A stretch of DNA of 64,000 bases from IMG/VR virus record IMGVR_UViG_3300010885_049703, positions 32,001 through 96,000 of that record; one strand, written 5' to 3'. Every line of letters starts with the position of its first letter. Positions within the stretch are counted from its first letter, which is position 1. Below, in pieces: positions 31,073 to 40,412 of the stretch. The position numbers were made by a program, and so were the translations under genes. Source of the DNA: a virus. Under the pieces are notes generated by a model, which saw only the letters and a program-made list of their open reading frames with translations, did no database searches and was not told where the DNA came from.

Positions 31073-31312
31073 CTAATCTGTTAGTGCCAGGGATTTACTG
31101 CGCTTTCGTAAGAACTCTTGCCCCACATAATAATCCACTAGTTTACGCTGAATCATTGTGACTAAGTCGCCTGAATCATCGTCAACAAAGAATCGCACAG
31201 GACACCTGCCCCAAGTACTATAACGCACGAAGTCTGCGTAATACTTGCGATGATTCTTGTCCGTGGGATCAAACACTACCCAGGGTCTATGCAAAAGTTG
31301 GAGTCTGCTCAT
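31073..31312 (-). CDS. hypothetical phage protein
   Basis: MSRLQL..VFDP..HRK..TWGRCPVRF. Confidence 0.6.
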   Translation of the reverse strand: MSRLQLLHRPWVVFDPTDKNHRKYYADFVRYSTWGRCPVRFFVDDDSGDLVTMIQRKLVDYYVGQEFLRKRSKSLALTD

Positions 31313-31313
31313 A

Positions 31314-32606
31314 TTAATAACGATATGTCTCTGGTTTGAAAGGTCCATTAAGGTCTACACCAATGTAGTCGGCTTGTCGTTGTGTTAGTGTAGTTAGTGT
31401 AGCACCAACGTGAGCTAAATGCAACCTAGCAACCTCCTCATCTATGTGTTTTGGCAACAGATAAATGTCTACTTTGCTGTATTTTGATGAATTGGTCCAC
31501 AGCTCAAGTTGAGCCAACACCTGATTGGTGAAACTAGTTGACATCACGTAACTTGGGTGCCCCGTGGCGCAGCCCAGGTTTACCAGTCGACCTCGGGCCA
31601 ACACAATAATTTTACGACCATCGGGCCATACCACATGGTCTACCAGAGGCTTGATTTCTTCCCAGACCAAGTCTTGTAAGCCGGCAATGTCAATTTCACT
31701 ATCAAAGTGACCAATGTTACACACAATGGCATTACGTTTCATGCGATCCATGTGATGACGAGTGATCACATCAACATTGCCTGTGGCAGTGACAAAGATG
31801 TCGGCTATCTCAGCCGCGTAGTCCATGGTCACAACTTCATACCCGTCCATGGCTGCCTGCAATGCACAGATAGGATCAATCTCAGTAATCCATACCCTGG
31901 CGTTTAATGCACGTAAGGCTTGAGCTGACCCTTTGCCTACATCGCCATAACCAGCAACCACAGCAGTTTTACCTGCGATCATAACATCTGTAGCACGTTT
32001 GATCGCATCCACTAGACTTTCACGACAACCATACAAGTTATCAAATTTTGTTTTGGTGACTGAATCATTGACATTGATCGCGGGAATCTTTAATGTACCT
32101 GCAGCAATACGTTCTACAAGTTTATGAATACCTGTGGTAGTCTCTTCACTGACACCAATGATGCCGGGCAACAGATCAGGATGGCGATCATGCACCCATG
32201 CAGTGAGATCATGCCCATCATCTAACAATAGATTAGGTACCCATCCATTGGGACCGCGTACGGTTTGTTCAATACACCACCAATATTCTTCTTCAGATTC
32301 ACCTTTCCAAGCAAACACTGGAATACCCTGTGCAGCCAATGCGGCTGCTGCATGATCCTGCGTTGAAAAAATATTACAACTTGACCAACGTACTTCGGCA
32401 CCAAGATCAACAAGTGTTTGAACCAATACTGCAGTCTGGATAGTCATATGTAGACTACCTGTGATACGTGCGCCCTGGAGAGGTTTTGTACTACGATACT
32501 TTTCACGCACAGACATCAAGCCCGGCATCTCTTGTTCAGCAATGGCGATTTCTCGTTGCCCCCAGGCCGCTAGGTCAATGTCAGCTACTTTAAAGTCATA
32601 GTGCAT
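31314..32606 (-). CDS. ahcY: adenosylhomocysteinase
   Basis: [54 protein letters not shown]; start at MHYDFKVAD. Confidence 0.97.
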   Translation of the reverse strand: MHYDFKVADIDLAAWGQREIAIAEQEMPGLMSVREKYRSTKPLQGARITGSLHMTIQTAVLVQTLVDLGAEVRWSSCNIFSTQDHAAAALAAQGIPVFAWKGESEEEYWWCIEQTVRGPNGWVPNLLLDDGHDLTAWVHDRHPDLLPGIIGVSEETTTGIHKLVERIAAGTLKIPAINVNDSVTKTKFDNLYGCRESLVDAIKRATDVMIAGKTAVVAGYGDVGKGSAQALRALNARVWITEIDPICALQAAMDGYEVVTMDYAAEIADIFVTATGNVDVITRHHMDRMKRNAIVCNIGHFDSEIDIAGLQDLVWEEIKPLVDHVVWPDGRKIIVLARGRLVNLGCATGHPSYVMSTSFTNQVLAQLELWTNSSKYSKVDIYLLPKHIDEEVARLHLAHVGATLTTLTQRQADYIGVDLNGPFKPETYRY

Positions 32607-32769
32607 TGTCTGTGGCCCCCTGTGGACGTTTTTCGCGGCGAGGTTGAATTGCTGCTGCAAGTTCGGCTTGTATCATTGCTGATTTGTATGCATGCATGCG
32701 ATCACCAAGTAATGTTGCCATTACTCGTTTGGTGGTTTTTGATAGGTTAAAGTGTTTACCTGGTTTCAT
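32596..32769 (-). CDS. small basic hypothetical protein (57 aa)
   Basis: read from sequence: [31 protein letters not shown]; ATGA-coupled to rpoZ. Confidence 0.6.
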   Translation of the reverse strand: MKPGKHFNLSKTTKRVMATLLGDRMHAYKSAMIQAELAAAIQPRREKRPQGATDNAL

Positions 32770-33026
32770 CTAGTTCCTTTATATGATTTCTGTGTGACAG
32801 CAGGATCCTGGTTGAGATATAGATAATCTTTGGTGACATACCCTTCTTCTATTTCTCTAATAGCAGTGACACTGTGTCCATGACGTCCGGGTGATATATG
32901 TGCTGTATACCCAGATTTTAATTCTCTAACTCTGCGACTAGCAACGAGCACTAAATTGAATAGCCCTCCCACACGCTGGGCTGCTACTTGACTGGTCAAT
33001 CCATGTTGATCAATTTGATTTGACAT
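32766..33026 (-). CDS. rpoZ: RNA polymerase omega subunit-like protein
   Basis: GGLFNLVLVASRRVREL...TAIREIEEG. Confidence 0.75.
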   Translation of the reverse strand: MSNQIDQHGLTSQVAAQRVGGLFNLVLVASRRVRELKSGYTAHISPGRHGHSVTAIREIEEGYVTKDYLYLNQDPAVTQKSYKGTR

Positions 33027-33082
33027 TGTTGTTCCTTATAGAGAAGTATTTAACTATAACATAATATCAATATAAAATCAAG

Positions 33083-33108
33083 ACAATGCCCACCAAAGTG
33101 GGCATTGT
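33083..33108. terminator. hairpin/terminator after rubrerythrin
   Basis: ACAATGCCCAC-CAAA-GTGGGCATTGT. Confidence 0.6.
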
Positions 33109-33123
33109 GGCCAAATTCTTCAA

Positions 33124-33561
33124 TTAGGTGTTGTCAGCGGTGTACTTTTCCAATGCCTTGGCATAACGATTGGCATGACTACGTTCTGCTTTGGCCAATG
33201 TTTCAAACCAATCAGCAACTTCATCAAACCCTTCATCACGAGCAATTTTAGCCATACCAGGGTACATGTCTGTGTACTCGTGTGTTTCACCATGAATTGC
33301 TGCTTCCAACATTTCACGTGGTGTTTTACCTGGAAGTCCTGTACCAGGTTCACCTGCACCACCTTCAATCAAGTATTCCATGTGACCATGTGCATGTCCT
33401 GTTTCACCTTCAGCGGTGCTACGGAACAATGCTGACAGATCATTTTCTCCGGCAATGTCGCAACCGTTTGCAAAATACAAATAACGACGATTTGCCATTG
33501 ACTCTCCGGCAAATGCTTCTTTCAAACACTCTGCTGTTTTGGTACCTTTAAGATTACTCAT
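33124..33561 (-). CDS. rubrerythrin (ferritin-like di-iron, no rubredoxin domain)
   Basis: [44 protein letters not shown]. Confidence 0.92.
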   Translation of the reverse strand: MSNLKGTKTAECLKEAFAGESMANRRYLYFANGCDIAGENDLSALFRSTAEGETGHAHGHMEYLIEGGAGEPGTGLPGKTPREMLEAAIHGETHEYTDMYPGMAKIARDEGFDEVADWFETLAKAERSHANRYAKALEKYTADNT

Positions 33562-33641
33562 TTACTTCTCCTTAAAAATAAAATATTATACTACTTAGAT
33601 AAATGAAAAGCAACTGATTTGAACAATAAATATCTTCGCCT

Positions 33642-34649
33642 ATGATATCATTTGAAGAAATCAGAGATGTGCATTTGGAAATCTCTAGCCTATGCAATGC
33701 TGCCTGCCCGTTATGCCCTAGAAATTTTCGAGGGTATCCGCACAATGATGGATATCCAGAAGCCAACATGACATTGGCACAGGCACAACAAATCTTTGAT
33801 CCCAATTTTGTTTCACAGTTGTCACGCATCTACCTCAATGGCAATTTTGGAGACATTGTGATGAATCCAGAAACCCCAGACATTGTTGAGTACTTTCGAG
33901 CAAATAATCCCAATTTAATCATTGCGATCAGCACAAATGGATCAGGTAGAGATCGAAAATTTTGGCAAAGATTGGCCAATGCAGGAGCCAAAGTTTTTTT
34001 CTGTCTCGATGGACTAGAGGACACACATCACTTGTATAGGCAAAACACAGTGTGGCGCCAAATACTTCGCAATGCTGAAACTTTTATTGCCGCTGGTGGT
34101 TATGCTACTTGGAAGTTTATATTGTTTGACCATAACCAACATCAGATACAACAATGTCGTGAGCTGTCAGAACAATTAAAATTCGCACATTTTGAAATCA
34201 TCAACGATGGCAGAAACATAGGGCCAGCGTTTGACAAACACGGAGAACTCACACATGTCATCGGCGACTATCAAGGCTCAACAGATTTTAAAACAATGTT
34301 CTTTAAGAAAAAAACAGACACAGTTGTATTAGAAGATATCATTGTTGATAAAAAAGTAAAATCAACAGTCATCTGTGAAGCCAAAATTACCAAGTCAATC
34401 TATGTTACATCCATTGGTGAAGTGTATCCCTGCTGCTTCATGGGCTACTATCCAAGAACCTACGGGCGAGGGGAATACCATCAAGCAGTTAATTCACAGA
34501 TAGCACTGTTGATGCAAAATAACAATGCGTTGGACTCATCTATTAAACAATGCATTGAGTGGTTTGCTGATGTAGAAACATCCTGGAAGAAGGCTACGTA
34601 TGAATCTGGCAGATTAGTAGTGTGTGATGATAACTGCGGGTCTTGTTGA
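33642..34649 (+). CDS. radical SAM protein with C-terminal SPASM/twitch cluster
   Basis: CNAACPLC; C..GEVYPCC..CDDNC. Confidence 0.85.
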   Translation: MISFEEIRDVHLEISSLCNAACPLCPRNFRGYPHNDGYPEANMTLAQAQQIFDPNFVSQLSRIYLNGNFGDIVMNPETPDIVEYFRANNPNLIIAISTNGSGRDRKFWQRLANAGAKVFFCLDGLEDTHHLYRQNTVWRQILRNAETFIAAGGYATWKFILFDHNQHQIQQCRELSEQLKFAHFEIINDGRNIGPAFDKHGELTHVIGDYQGSTDFKTMFFKKKTDTVVLEDIIVDKKVKSTVICEAKITKSIYVTSIGEVYPCCFMGYYPRTYGRGEYHQAVNSQIALLMQNNNALDSSIKQCIEWFADVETSWKKATYESGRLVVCDDNCGSC

Positions 34650-34650
34650 T

Positions 34651-35286
34651 TTATTTTTGCATGAGTTGATTGACAAAATCAAGTAAGAGATGATGTTGAC
34701 CGCCGTTCCAGCGACTGCGCATCCAGCTGTAGCAATTGTACCAATGCTGATCGGCTTCGGGATGACATCCTATCAGTCCCACACGATCTTGCATGATGGC
34801 CATGGCGTCACCATTGGCATATCGAGCAACGGTCTCGAAGTTGTTGCCTACAAATGCACAGCCGTCATAAAAGTACATGTTTGTGGGCATGTCTTGCCAA
34901 GTCACTGAGATGTGTTTGGCGTGCGGACGTCGTGTGTCTGTGTTGGGCTGACGAATATACTGCACTGCTCTGACACCATTTAGCAGCCCAAAATAATCTG
35001 TATCAGCCCAGTATGCACCCATGCAAATGCCCAGATATCTACCACCCCCGGCCACAAAGTTGCGTATGCGTTGAGCATGTTGACGCATCAGGAAATCGTA
35101 ACTGTCGCTATCCCCTATACCGCCCGGGAAACAAACCATGTCAACATCGTCAAAAAAGTCATCTTCTAGTTCGTGACGAGTAAACAGTTTGAAGTTATAG
35201 TGTGGCTCAAGAGCTCGTATGACCCCGTTGCCGCTTTGCACTGAACATCGGGGCTGGTGTACAAACAAGGCTATGCGCCTGTGCAT
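34651..35286 (-). CDS. BPL_N / class I glutamine amidotransferase-like protein
   Basis: FPGG, GGRYLGICMGAY nucleophile elbow, HPE. Confidence 0.8.
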   Translation of the reverse strand: MHRRIALFVHQPRCSVQSGNGVIRALEPHYNFKLFTRHELEDDFFDDVDMVCFPGGIGDSDSYDFLMRQHAQRIRNFVAGGGRYLGICMGAYWADTDYFGLLNGVRAVQYIRQPNTDTRRPHAKHISVTWQDMPTNMYFYDGCAFVGNNFETVARYANGDAMAIMQDRVGLIGCHPEADQHWYNCYSWMRSRWNGGQHHLLLDFVNQLMQK

Positions 35287-35435
35287 ACGCTAGTATCCGT
35301 AGAATACTATTTTGATGATGAAAACTAGCCAAGCCAGTCTCAGCACGTTGTCAAAAATGCGTTCAGCAATGTCTAGTTTTGTGGGTGTTTTGTTGTCCAT
35401 GATTATCTGCTAGGTTAATGGTATTTAGTTCAAAC

Positions 35436-35457
35436 AAAAAGGGCTCCGAAGAGCCCT
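35436..35457 (-). terminator. intrinsic terminator
   Basis: AGGGCTC-TTCG-GAGCCCTTTTT on the minus strand. Confidence 0.8.
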
Positions 35458-35516
35458 GTGTTGCTACTGGTTACGGGTTCCAGTGATCGCCCAATCTTTG
35501 CGCCCGATTTCATGAA

Positions 35517-36932
35517 TTAGAAGCTAATTTGGCCTCTGAGCATAACTGCCTGTTCGCCATCTACACGAGCACCAGATGTACCAACTGGTTTGTTAAACTT
35601 AGTGTCAACGTAGTTTGCCATCAAACGTACATTGTCGTTTAAGAACCAAGTAACACCGTAAGTAATGGAGGTTGCTAGGTTTGCTTTACCTGTTGCAACA
35701 GTGATATCTTCAGCATTGAACTCACTGGCACGTACACCAACTTGCCATGCACCCTTGCCACCACTTGTGTAAGCAGAGTTAGGTTTGATCCAACCAAATA
35801 TACCATCTTTGTAGTTGTGGCTCTCACCCGTGATATTATAGATTGCCTGAACATAGTGACCAGTAATCTCTTTATCTGTACCAGTAGCGGGGTCATAGTT
35901 GAAGTTGAAATGCTCACCTTGCAATTTCAAACCCTTCCAAGCAAATGCTGCTTCAATGCCTTGGCGTGTTCGTGCGGTATCACCACTCAATGCTGATGAT
36001 CCTGTGAACCATGCACTTTGCTGGCGGCCTTCAGTACGACCACTGGCAGGAGCAACTCCAGTTTTGACATTGCCTGTGCTGTATGCTGCACCCAAGTGTG
36101 CCACAAAGTCTTTGTTCTGAATTACTTCTGCAATGTTTGTAGTCACACGTCCAACAACATCTACACCATCAACTGCGGTGCTCTTGTTAGCACGACCACG
36201 GCTTAGTGCCACAGCGTAGGTAAATCCTGTTCTAGGAATACCATGTAACATCACACCAGTTTCTTTGGCAGGAATAAATTCACCTTCAGTCTGACCAATC
36301 AAACTACGTTCCATGAAGTCAATGTTGTTGGAACTGGTCAACTGTTCTAAACTGAAAGGCATCTTAAATGTACCAACTTGTAGTTGTGCCTCTGTGATAG
36401 CAGCATAGTTAAACCAGAATTCATCAATGGTTGATGTGGTTGAACTTGCGCCAGCGTCGTTACCAAAGTTTGCCAAGAGAAGATATTTGAAGTCTTTGGC
36501 AATCTGTCCACGTACACCAAAACGTCCACGACGAACTTCCAATGTGTCTTGATATGGATCGGTTGATTGACCAGAACTAAATGTTTGAGTATAACTTCTG
36601 TAGTCCATGTGAATACGACCAGTAAACTGTGCTGTGGTATTGCCATCTTTGGATTTGATACCAAGACCATTTTCCATCACAGCGCCATCATTCGCTCTGC
36701 TCAAACGATAGTTGTTGCTGTCCTTGACATCTTTGTCAATTCTAGATGATTGGAATTCTTTGTTTTCCAAACGATCCCGGTGTGCTTCAATTTTAGAAGA
36801 GTGTTCTTGCTTAGATAGAATTCCTTTTTGTAAAAGAATATCTAATGTATCAGTGTATTCATCTGCTTGCACAGATCCAGCAAACGACAAGGCAATTGCC
36901 AGCGCCGCTGTTAGCATTTTAAAGTGTTTCAT
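35517..36932 (-). CDS. phosphate-selective porin OprO/OprP family
   Basis: signal peptide; GRIHMDY, RRGRFG, PFSLEQLTSS..FMERS; C-terminal Phe; adjacent to pstS. Confidence 0.85.
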   Translation of the reverse strand: MKHFKMLTAALAIALSFAGSVQADEYTDTLDILLQKGILSKQEHSSKIEAHRDRLENKEFQSSRIDKDVKDSNNYRLSRANDGAVMENGLGIKSKDGNTTAQFTGRIHMDYRSYTQTFSSGQSTDPYQDTLEVRRGRFGVRGQIAKDFKYLLLANFGNDAGASSTTSTIDEFWFNYAAITEAQLQVGTFKMPFSLEQLTSSNNIDFMERSLIGQTEGEFIPAKETGVMLHGIPRTGFTYAVALSRGRANKSTAVDGVDVVGRVTTNIAEVIQNKDFVAHLGAAYSTGNVKTGVAPASGRTEGRQQSAWFTGSSALSGDTARTRQGIEAAFAWKGLKLQGEHFNFNYDPATGTDKEITGHYVQAIYNITGESHNYKDGIFGWIKPNSAYTSGGKGAWQVGVRASEFNAEDITVATGKANLATSITYGVTWFLNDNVRLMANYVDTKFNKPVGTSGARVDGEQAVMLRGQISF

Positions 36933-36996
36933 TGAGGTTTCCTTTCGAATAATCCACCAACACTATACTACATTATGTTGGTGGATGTCAAGTGTA

Positions 36997-38022
36997 TTAC
37001 TTCCAAATTGATTGACCACTGGGGTCTTTCAGATCTTTTTTCCAGTTATCTTGTACTAATTTGATAACAGACTGAGGCATGTGTACATATTCCAATTCTT
37101 CACTCATCTTAGCGCCGTTTTTATAGGACCAGTCAAAGAATTTAAGAATAGCACGACCAGTCAAGCCATCTGCTTGTTGACGGTGCATTATGATAAAACT
37201 AGCACCAGTTGCTGGCCAAGAATCTTTGCCAGTTTGGTTTGTCAGTAACAAATACATTCCTGGAGCGTTGTTCCAATCTGCACCTGCTGCGGCTGCTTTA
37301 AATGTGCTGTCATCTGGTTGTACAAAGTTGCCATCACGATTTTTCAATTGTGCATGAGCAATTTTATTTTTCTTGGCAAATGCATATTCCACATACCCAA
37401 AAGAACCTTTGACACGTTGAATGTTGGCTGCAACACCTTCATTGCCTTTGCCGCCTACACCAACTGGCCACTTTACGGCTGTACCTTCACCAATTGTTTT
37501 AGCAAAATCAGCATTTACTTTGCTTAGATAGTTTGTCCAAATAAATGTTGTACCTGAACCATCTGCACGGTGTACTTCGGTAATATTCATTGCTGGTAGT
37601 GTAACGCCAGGATTCAAATCAGTGATTGCTTTGTCATTCCACTTGGTAATTTTGCCTAGATGAATATTGGCAATTACATCACTGGTCAGTTTTAATTGTC
37701 CCGGTTCTACACCATCAAGATTAACCACTGGAACAACACCACCAATGATTGCAGGGAATTGCATCAAACCTTCTTTTTCCAGTTCTTCTGGTTTCAATGG
37801 CATATCACTGGCGCCAAAGTCTACTGTCTTGGCTTTGATTTGACGTATGCCGCCGCCTGAGCCAATGCTTTGATAATTGAGTCCAATGCCTGTTGCTGCT
37901 TTGTAAGCTTCTGCCCATTTAGAATAAATTGGGTAGGGAAATGTAGCACCGGCACCGGTTAAATCTGCTGCAAACGCCACTCCGGTTAGCGTTAATAATA
38001 CGGCTGCAATGAGTCGTTTCAT
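36997..38022 (-). CDS. pstS: phosphate ABC transporter substrate-binding protein
   Basis: GAGATFPYP, YQSIGSGGG, DFGASD, HRADGSGTT, GKGNEGV. Confidence 0.97.
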   Translation of the reverse strand: MKRLIAAVLLTLTGVAFAADLTGAGATFPYPIYSKWAEAYKAATGIGLNYQSIGSGGGIRQIKAKTVDFGASDMPLKPEELEKEGLMQFPAIIGGVVPVVNLDGVEPGQLKLTSDVIANIHLGKITKWNDKAITDLNPGVTLPAMNITEVHRADGSGTTFIWTNYLSKVNADFAKTIGEGTAVKWPVGVGGKGNEGVAANIQRVKGSFGYVEYAFAKKNKIAHAQLKNRDGNFVQPDDSTFKAAAAGADWNNAPGMYLLLTNQTGKDSWPATGASFIIMHRQQADGLTGRAILKFFDWSYKNGAKMSEELEYVHMPQSVIKLVQDNWKKDLKDPSGQSIWK

Positions 38023-38067
38023 ATGTTGTCCTTAAAAGTTAAGCAGATGATGTTGCTCTGCAGTCAG

Positions 38068-38102
38068 TATTTAAACACATTAATATTACAACAGCATTAC
38101 AA
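38068..38102 (-). promoter_or_regulatory. Pho-box-like promoter of pstS
   Basis: TTGTAAT-GCTG-TTGTAAT (11-bp period), 11 nt, then TAAATA. Confidence 0.7.
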
Positions 38103-38105
38103 AAT

Positions 38106-39110
38106 CTAAATCAATTCCACCAAATTATTACGGAAGATTTCCCAGGCCGATTGCCATGACCAACGATGACTTCCGGCTTCAACTGTGCTGCGATCCAATT
38201 TCAAACACTCGTCTACAGCATGTTTTAAGTCTAGACTGAGATATCCAGTGACTCCAGGATCAACTACGTCCATGGGACCTGCACAGGGATAGGCAGCAAC
38301 AGGAGTACCACAGGCCATGGCTTCAATCATTACAATACCAAATGTTTCCCACTGACTGGGAAACACAAACACATCGGCGTTGGCGTAATAAGTTGCCAGC
38401 CGTTCTCCGGTTTTGAATCCCACAAAATGCACATCAGGGTAACGACGTTCTAGTTCTTCTCGGTATGGACCATCTCCCACCATAATTTTTGTTGCACCCG
38501 GATAATCTAGGCCGCAGAAGTCATCTAAGTTTTTCTCTTGACTGATACGACTCACACACAACAACACCGGACTGGTGCGCGAGCGTGTTCGCGATGATGG
38601 ATTGAATAGTGCTCGATCAACTCCACGGGTCCAAGGAACCAGTTCTCCATCAAACCCACGGCTGCGCAAATCTTTTACCATGGTATCAGTTGTTGTTAGA
38701 ACCTTGCCTGAGTGTTTGTGGAACCAACGCACTAAGGGCCAAGTAAGGGCTTCAGGAATTCCAAATAGTTTTTTGAGTCCTTCAGGGAATTTAGTATGAT
38801 AAGCAGTATTGTAGCGATAACCACGTTTTGAAAGATATTTTCTAGCAGACAGACCAATAGGACCCTCGGTGGCGATATGGATATGATCCGGATTGATCTC
38901 CTCAATCTTCTTGCCCATCGCCCGGGGATAGGCAATCTTGAGTTCGTTGTAGCGAGGACAACTAATGTAGCTGAAGTCCCCGGGAGTAATGTAAACAACG
39001 CGATAACCATCCATAACCGCACACGCTTCAATATTTTTGTATGTTGTAACAACGCCATTGATTTGATCCGGTAAATTATCTGTGATGATCAAGATTGTTT
39101 TTGCTGACAT
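38106..39110 (-). CDS. GT4 glycosyltransferase, Agt-like (diacylglycerol glycosyltransferase)
   Basis: ITD..PDQINGVVTT, IHIATEGPIG, YHTKFPE, ETFGIVMIEAMACGTPV. Confidence 0.8.
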   Translation of the reverse strand: MSAKTILIITDNLPDQINGVVTTYKNIEACAVMDGYRVVYITPGDFSYISCPRYNELKIAYPRAMGKKIEEINPDHIHIATEGPIGLSARKYLSKRGYRYNTAYHTKFPEGLKKLFGIPEALTWPLVRWFHKHSGKVLTTTDTMVKDLRSRGFDGELVPWTRGVDRALFNPSSRTRSRTSPVLLCVSRISQEKNLDDFCGLDYPGATKIMVGDGPYREELERRYPDVHFVGFKTGERLATYYANADVFVFPSQWETFGIVMIEAMACGTPVAAYPCAGPMDVVDPGVTGYLSLDLKHAVDECLKLDRSTVEAGSHRWSWQSAWEIFRNNLVELI

Positions 39111-39265
39111 GAACCCTCCACTCTAAAACTTTTGAATTTAAAATCGTAACGCATGGTTCGTAGAACTCGTTCGCAGGCAGTGCGATCAGTGAACTCCAAC
39201 TCTATCCTTCCGGGTTGATCCGTTGGATCGTTTACGTGTACTGCTATCAATATCATCAACCACAT
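39089..39265 (-). CDS. small hypothetical protein (58 aa, hydrophobic N-terminus, two Cys)
   Basis: read from sequence: MWLMILIAVHVNDPTDQPGRIELEF..C..C; overlaps both neighbours. Confidence 0.5.
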   Translation of the reverse strand: MWLMILIAVHVNDPTDQPGRIELEFTDRTACERVLRTMRYDFKFKSFRVEGSCQQKQS

Positions 39266-40019
39266 CATCTCGCTCCTGTGTCCAAGTTATTATCTCCCAG
39301 CGACCGTTGTGATGTTCAACCAATGCTGTGCATGATTCAACCCAGTCACCGTCGTTCATGTAGACAACACCATCTATTTCTTTGATTTCTGCTTTGTGTA
39401 TGTGTCCACAGATTACACCATCGTAGCCACGCTTCTTGCAGTATGTTGCTAGGTTCTTTTCAAATTGAAAGACAAAATCAATCGCTTTCTTGACTCGACC
39501 TTTAAGATATAAGCTGAGACTCCAATAACCAAAGCCGAGCCGGTGACGAATCCAATTAAAGCGGGAATTAAGTGTGAGTATAAAATCATATGCTTTGTCT
39601 CCTAGTATAGATAGCCATGGTGCCAGTCTAGTGATACCATCAAACAAGTCACCGTGTGTGACTAGATAATGACGACCGTCGGCACCAATGTGTTCGCATT
39701 GATTGACTATTTCAAAGTTGCCAAACCCTATACCATACTGCATGAATGGTCTTAGGAACTCATCATGATTGCCAGCCACGTAAACGACTCGTGTTCCACG
39801 TTTGCTATAACCCAGCACACGGCGCACTACATTGGTATGACTTTGTTTCCACCGCCATTTGTTTTGTTTTATTTTCCAAGCATCAATAATGTCGCCTACA
39901 AGATACAATGTATCGCAGGTGGTGTGTTTGAGAAAATTGTTGAGCTGATCGGCCTTGCAATCTTTGGTGCCAAGGTGAACATCAGAAATGAATACACTGC
40001 GATATGTTTTTGTTGTCAT
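39186..40019 (-). CDS. PlcP-like metallophosphoesterase (phospholipase C; LpxH superfamily)
   Basis: FISDVHLG, LVGDIID, GNHDE, HGDLFD, CGHIH, NDGDWVESCTAL; co-oriented with the Agt-like GT4. Confidence 0.8.
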   Translation of the reverse strand: MTTKTYRSVFISDVHLGTKDCKADQLNNFLKHTTCDTLYLVGDIIDAWKIKQNKWRWKQSHTNVVRRVLGYSKRGTRVVYVAGNHDEFLRPFMQYGIGFGNFEIVNQCEHIGADGRHYLVTHGDLFDGITRLAPWLSILGDKAYDFILTLNSRFNWIRHRLGFGYWSLSLYLKGRVKKAIDFVFQFEKNLATYCKKRGYDGVICGHIHKAEIKEIDGVVYMNDGDWVESCTALVEHHNGRWEIITWTQERDDVVDDIDSSTRKRSNGSTRKDRVGVH

Positions 40020-40040
40020 GGGCTGTTGTGCTTGAACAGA

Positions 40041-40075
40041 TATTTAAGGTCATGTACATTACAGATACGTTACAT
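40041..40075 (-). promoter_or_regulatory. Pho-box-like promoter of the plcP-like operon
   Basis: ATGTAAC-GTAT-CTGTAAT, 11 nt, then TAAATA; same geometry as at pstS. Confidence 0.7.
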
Positions 40076-40078
40076 CAT

Positions 40079-40102
40079 GAAAAAGCCCGCCGAAGCGGGC
40101 TT
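40079..40102 (-). terminator. intrinsic terminator of the tmRNA gene
   Basis: AAGCCCGC-TTCG-GCGGGCTTTTT. Confidence 0.85.
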
Positions 40103-40405
40103 ACTATTTTGGGTTACAAGGCATAGTTGCCCCGGGGATTACGCTGCGAGAGCGAAAACCTCGTCGTTAGCTGCGTTTGCAGTTACTAGTTTGCTTGGAT
40201 TACGTCCATCGCCTGGCGTGTTGCCTTCTTTGCTATCTCACCCTGTCGAAGCCAGGTCTGGCCCATCAGAAACATACTTCGTCCTGCAGTACGGTCCTTT
40301 TCACAAAGAGTCGCACGGTCTGCAAATATGTTTCTGGTGGACCAGGTGGGAGTCGAACCCACGTCCAGAATGCCTTTACTCCAAAGGAATTACAACAATT
40401 CTTAA
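40103..40405 (-). ncRNA. ssrA: tmRNA, circularly permuted (two-piece)
   Basis: acceptor piece with T-arm ending CUGGUCC-ACCA at 40335 lies upstream of the coding piece starting GGGCCAG at 40264 (G3:U70 pair); tag ORF ANAANDEVFALAA* at 40180-40139; outer ends approximate. Confidence 0.92.
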
Positions 40406-40412
40406 TAGTCGC

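Noticed and set aside
32607-32765. SAH or SAM riboswitch upstream of ahcY
   Set aside because: The space is filled by a translationally coupled 57-aa ORF and no aptamer consensus is visible
39186-40019. Annotation as LpxH (lipid A biosynthesis)
   Set aside because: The Agt-like neighbour, Pho box and pstS context favour PlcP, though this is not proven
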